Shown: positions 60,423 to 64,000 of the stretch, piece after piece
Numbering within the stretch: the first letter of the stretch is position 1
Layout of the letters: every line of letters starts with the position of its first letter
NCBI GenBank assembly: GCA_030692925.1
Contig: JAUYBY010000101.1
Location: 3,663-67,662 of the forward strand
Length of the DNA stretch: 64,000 nucleotides
From: Candidatus Zixiibacteriota bacterium
GTDB lineage: Bacteria > Zixibacteria > MSB-5A5 > RBG-16-43-9
Reading direction: 5' to 3'
Notes under the pieces: generated by a model
What the model was told of the DNA's origin: nothing
The model's database searches: none
What the model saw: the letters and a program-made list of their open reading frames with translations, nothing else
Program-made: the position numbers and the translations under genes

Positions 60423-60481
60423 TTGACAATTGCTATGGTTGGACTAACTTAAGAAGTGGTACAATAACTGGGGGCAGGACA
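60423..60481 (+). repeat. 59-bp direct repeat, copy 2 (right of CBASS)
   Basis: 51/59 identical to 54689-54747. Confidence 0.9.
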
Positions 60482-60489
60482 CTGTTCCG

Positions 60490-60591
60490 TTCCTTGCCGG
60501 AGACGCCAACTGCGATGGTAATGTAACGGTCGGAGATTTGATCTATTTAATCAGCTATCTTTTCAAAGGTGGCCCACCACCTGCCTGTTGA
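60490..60591 (+). pseudogene. Dockerin type I remnant (last repeat only)
   Basis: Translates FLAGDANCDGNVTVGDLIYLISYLFKGGPPPAC*; no start codon or upstream body. Confidence 0.85.
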
Positions 60592-60616
60592 AGGACGAAG
60601 AGAATTCTAGCAATCG

Positions 60617-60677
60617 AAGGGGACAGATATTGGTGAGCTGTCCCCTTACTTTTTCCAACCTGAAAATATCTTGACAC
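60617..60677 (+). repeat. Terminator-containing 61-bp element after a dockerin tail, copy A
   Basis: AAGGGGACAG...CTGTCCCCTT hairpin and T-run; 58/61 identical to 62860-62920. Confidence 0.88.
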
Positions 60678-61044
60678 TGCGTGAGAAATAAAAGGTTGAG
60701 AAGATCACATACCCCTATCCATTCGAAATGGTCTAACAGATTTCCATTGACATTGTTCAGCTCTCCAGTTTAATTTAAGCAAAGGCTTCTAAGAAGATTT
60801 GAAGTCAATTAAAGAGGTTACTGTAGCTCAACCTGCGCTTCCAGGAACGCTTTCTGGCTTCACCTTGTCGACCACGATAAGACTTCTTCAGTCCAGTCTA
60901 ATTTACTAACTCTTAAACTGGACCGAAATATGGGGGCAGGCCAAAAGTATGTTTTTACTTCTGCACTAGAACATCCACAATCCTTTGACAGCATGAAATC
61001 GTATTAAAAAGTAGACATACTAACCGGCTAAGGAGGTGAAAACA

Positions 61045-61125
61045 ATGCCAAAGCCAACAGATAAATGCCCGTGCGGGTCAGGAAAAGTATATAAGGAGTG
61101 TTGCGGCAAGCCCAAGAAGAAATAA
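61045..61125 (+). CDS. Stand-alone SEC-C (SecA metal-binding motif) micropeptide, 26 aa
   Basis: AAGGAGGTG RBS; MPKPTDKCPCGSGKVYKECCGKPKKK. Confidence 0.75.
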   Translation: MPKPTDKCPCGSGKVYKECCGKPKKK

Positions 61126-61785
61126 AGAGAATCAAGTAGGGGTGTATAAGCCATACGCCCCTACGCTATTTTCACAGGAATATGATTAATCAAACCCGCC
61201 CGAAGTAAGAGCCAGGGGGCTTGGTTTGCAAATTATCAAAGGATAATAGGTCAAAAGAAATGAAAGTAGCACCAAGAGAGGCAGGGTTCTAAGCCTTCGA
61301 AGGATAGTATCCAACGCCCTAAAATGTATGTCGACTTACCCCTGTCCATCTAATTACCAATTGATAAATTCCCAAGAATAACCCCCCATCCCACCTGACA
61401 GTATTTTGACATTGCGTGTAGAGAGAGAATCTACTCTATAAGACTCCCTATATGTCTCCCTTATGAAATAGGGAGTAGCGCAGGAAGATACCTTCGAGGG
61501 GTAGTTTTTCTCTCCCAAAATATATGTCAACTCACCCCTCGTGTATTCTCTTTTGGTTTAATAAATTACAAAAAATAACCCCCCCGTCTGTTCCAGCTAA
61601 TGATATTTTTACGCAGTGATAGGCATAGGTAGGAGTATATTCCCGTGCCTCAAATATGCCTCATTTCAAGTTGGATTATCTTGGATTATGGTGGGTTATT
61701 ATGGATCTTCGAGAATCTAAGCGATTTCTTGTCTACCTTGCTAATAGCTTTAAAAAAAGAGTTCCCAGGCCCTCCCTATGTGCAT

Positions 61786-62442
61786 TTATAACCAGCCTTT
61801 ATCCTGCCAGAATTCATATTCTTTTTTCCAATCATCTTTTCTTGATTGCATTATTCTTTTGAAGTGCTCCCTGCCTGCCTTGATGATTTTCATCTGATCA
61901 GCAAATACCCTTTTCTCTTTTATATCTTGGACCAGTTTTTTACCCAATTGATACGCATCCTCTAGCTTATCTTTTACAGCATATGCTGCAGATGATACGC
62001 CTCCGGAATACTGTGCACCGCAGGTATGAGCATAATATTCAATATAATCCAGGACATTTTTGTCTTGACCGCTTCCTGAGGAAACCACACCTGTAACGTA
62101 TTTATCTAAAAGCCGCTTACAATGTATAAAGTGACTTGAGCGGTCAAAGAACGTCTTCATTGAGCCGCTAACCTGATTTATATAGTTAGGCGAGGCTAGA
62201 ATTATACCATCGGCATCAAGCATCTTTTTTAGTACCCAATTGACATCGTCTCTTATTGAACAGGCAAGAATCTTCTTATGACAAGCTTCGCAATGATGAC
62301 AAAATTCAATTTTTAAATCGCATAAATGGATTATTTCAGATTCAGTCTTTTTAATATTACAGCCCCTCAAGACCTCTTTCGCCAAAAGAAAGGTGTGACT
62401 TTTTGCTTTACGGGGACTCGAAGATATGAGTAGAAGTTTCAT
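61786..62442 (-). CDS. Iron-sulfur flavoprotein / flavodoxin-family protein
   Basis: SSSPRK..T, CHHCEAC.....C...DD, ADGIILASPNY, MKTFFDR. Confidence 0.88.
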   Translation of the reverse strand: MKLLLISSSPRKAKSHTFLLAKEVLRGCNIKKTESEIIHLCDLKIEFCHHCEACHKKILACSIRDDVNWVLKKMLDADGIILASPNYINQVSGSMKTFFDRSSHFIHCKRLLDKYVTGVVSSGSGQDKNVLDYIEYYAHTCGAQYSGGVSSAAYAVKDKLEDAYQLGKKLVQDIKEKRVFADQMKIIKAGREHFKRIMQSRKDDWKKEYEFWQDKGWL

Positions 62443-62580
62443 AACGATCTCCTCTAAATCTAACTAATTGATTCCCAACTCTTTATTGTTGGAGCAACCA
62501 CCAGGCCATGACCATATTTCCGCATTGTAGTTAGGCTACGTATTCTTCAGACTTCATGTTGGAGGCATCCACGTGGTATC

Positions 62581-62834
62581 ACGAGCACCGACTTCAGATT
62601 TAATGCTGGATTTGTTTACCCCACTGTAGTAATATGCGGGGCGATGCTAATGGGGATGGAAAGAGGACAGTTTCAGATGCTGTGTACCTGATAAACTATC
62701 TGTTTAAGGGCGGTCCAGCTCCTGTTCCCGTCTTGCGGCCTGGAGATTGCAATTGTGATGGTAAAGTGAATGTAGCTGACGTAGTATACTTAATAAATTA
62801 TCTCTTCAAAGGCGGTCCACCACCAGCTTGTTAA
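62581..62834 (+). pseudogene. Dockerin type I domain remnant of a larger secreted protein
   Basis: GDANGDGKRTVSDAVYLINYLFKGGPAP...GDCNCDG duplicated EF-hand-like repeats; the upstream frame TSTDFRFNAGFVYPTVVICG is out of frame; no clear RBS. Confidence 0.75.
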
Positions 62835-62859
62835 GAGCTAAAGAAAATTTTGGTAACCC

Positions 62860-62920
62860 AAGGGGACAGATATTTGTGAGCTGTCCCCTTGCTTTTTCCA
62901 ACCTGAAAATATTTTGACAC
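62860..62920 (+). repeat. Terminator-containing 61-bp element, copy B
   Basis: 58/61 identical to 60617-60677. Confidence 0.88.
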
Positions 62921-63070
62921 CCTGTGCGTAGTGAGGAAAGGAAATAGTGTAAACATGGTCGGGGTAAACTTAACTTGGGACCATGAAACAGGTTCTAACC
63001 TCAGCAAGATGGGGGAGAGGATAATCTTGGAAATTCTCTAGAATCTCATAAAAATCATCGAAAGCTTTTT

Positions 63071-63111
63071 GTGCCTAATTTGTGCCTAAAATAAGTCAAA
63101 ACAAGCCAAAA
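63071..63111 (+). repeat. 41-bp inverted repeat, left arm
   Basis: 34/41 identical to the reverse complement of 63378-63418; contains the GTGCC doublet. Confidence 0.88.
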
Positions 63112-63231
63112 TGTGCAAGATTCCCTTTTTTGGTTTACTTTGGCTTATTTCGGTTTAATTTACTCTGTTTATTTAACTTAGGAACCTTTCTATTGACTTT
63201 ATTTCCTAAGTCATTATCTTTCTTTATGCCT

Positions 63232-63281
63232 GTCCCCGCCCTTTCACGGCGGCAACACGAGTTCAAATCTCGTTGGGGACA
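63232..63281 (+). pseudogene. tRNA-Glu(TTC) remnant lacking the D-arm; att-like core
   Basis: CCGCC-CTTTCAC-GGCGG anticodon arm, ACGAG-TTCAAAT-CTCGT T-arm, TGGGGAC 3' acceptor strand; 5' GTCCCC abuts the anticodon stem. Confidence 0.85.
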
Positions 63282-63377
63282 TTTTTATTATCCAAGTTAG
63301 GTAAGAAGCAACCCTCTAAACAACAAGAACTTAACCAAAATAAACAGAAGCCAAGCAAACGAAAATCAAAATAACTT

Positions 63378-63418
63378 TTTTGGATTGTTTTGACTTGGGT
63401 ACGGCACAAATTTGGCAC
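63378..63418 (-). repeat. 41-bp inverted repeat, right arm
   Basis: Partner of 63071-63111. Confidence 0.88.
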
Positions 63419-63738
63419 GACATAGTATTGCTGTCCTACAACCCTCTGTTAAGGAAAAAATTAAAAAAATAAGCGGAGGCTGGGATTCCTCGGCGGTGTC
63501 AATGTAAGTTTCTCTTCACCTTTAGATTATGAGCTAAATCTTTGTTTTTTTTGAATTTGGTTTTTTTGTTTGTTTGTGTTTCTTTATGTCTTTTGTGTCT
63601 ATCTATACGTTGTTTGGACACTAAAAAAGAACGTGATTGTCTTTACCTGAGCTTTTTCTCTACAACAAAGATTCTTCAGGTCGCCTGATGAATATATCAA
63701 AAAAATCTTCAGAGGGGTTTAAAATTTATTGTCCTTTT

Positions 63739-63999
63739 CTAAAATAATCTCTTTAAGCTTAGATGATTTGCTTTAATGGTTTTCTCAATATCATTCTCTG
63801 TATGGGCTAAGGAGATGAAATTGGCTTCGAACTGGGAGGGTGGCAAGAATATACCTCTATTTAACATCTCATGGAAATATCTGGCATATCTCTTTGTATC
63901 GCTTTTCTGGGCAGAGGCAAAATCGTAAACCTTCTCTTCAGTAAAAAATAAGGCTGAGATTGAACCGATCCGGTTATACTGAAGCTCTATCCCTAACTT
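63739..63999 (-). CDS. hemL: Glutamate-1-semialdehyde 2,1-aminomutase, 3' end only
   Basis: Manual translation ...GSISALFFT...SDTKRYARYFHEMLNRGIFLPPSQFEANFISLAHTENDIEKT*. Confidence 0.88.
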   Translation of the reverse strand, partial: KLGIELQYNRIGSISALFFTEEKVYDFASAQKSDTKRYARYFHEMLNRGIFLPPSQFEANFISLAHTENDIEKTIKANHLSLKRLF

Positions 64000-64000
64000 A

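Noticed and set aside
63413-63431. Second sigma54 promoter (TGGCACG...TTGC)
   Set aside because: The GC is 4 bp too far from the GG; the sequence is explained by the inverted-repeat arm.
63232-63999. Functional link between the tRNA-Glu remnant and hemL (C5 pathway uses Glu-tRNA)
   Set aside because: The genes are convergent and the tRNA is defective; adjacency alone is not evidence.

Overview
Bacterial chromosome window. The dockerin remnants and the gene content suggest a Zixibacteria-like Gram-negative organism (inference). Bases 1-27.7 kb are housekeeping backbone: glycine cleavage, accB/accC, pilT, ADP-heptose and LPS genes, a GH57 branching enzyme, tldD/pmbA, asmA and tadA, with many REP-like palindromes between genes. 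A ~35.5 kb composite island follows tRNA-Ser(CGA) (27781-27870). It contains: (1) an integrase / 2x excisionase-HTH / AEP-type Rep core, with a consensus sigma54 promoter, tandem palindromic enhancer-like sites and its own enhancer-binding protein; (2) a ~7 kb phage early-gene fragment with a Xer-like recombinase and a rearranged RuvB paralogue; (3) a small tyrosine recombinase; (4) an SspBCD-like phosphorothioation locus, with one in-frame stop in the ATPase, coupled to an unfamiliar module of TM-NDT, MORC ATPase, PC4-domain protein, SF2 helicase and PLD nuclease; (5) a complete type II CBASS bracketed by 59-bp direct repeats; (6) dockerin gene remnants; (7) a D-arm-less tRNA-Glu remnant flanked by 41-bp inverted repeats. 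Backbone resumes with the 3' end of hemL. All calls are from motif recognition by eye; no database searches were run.
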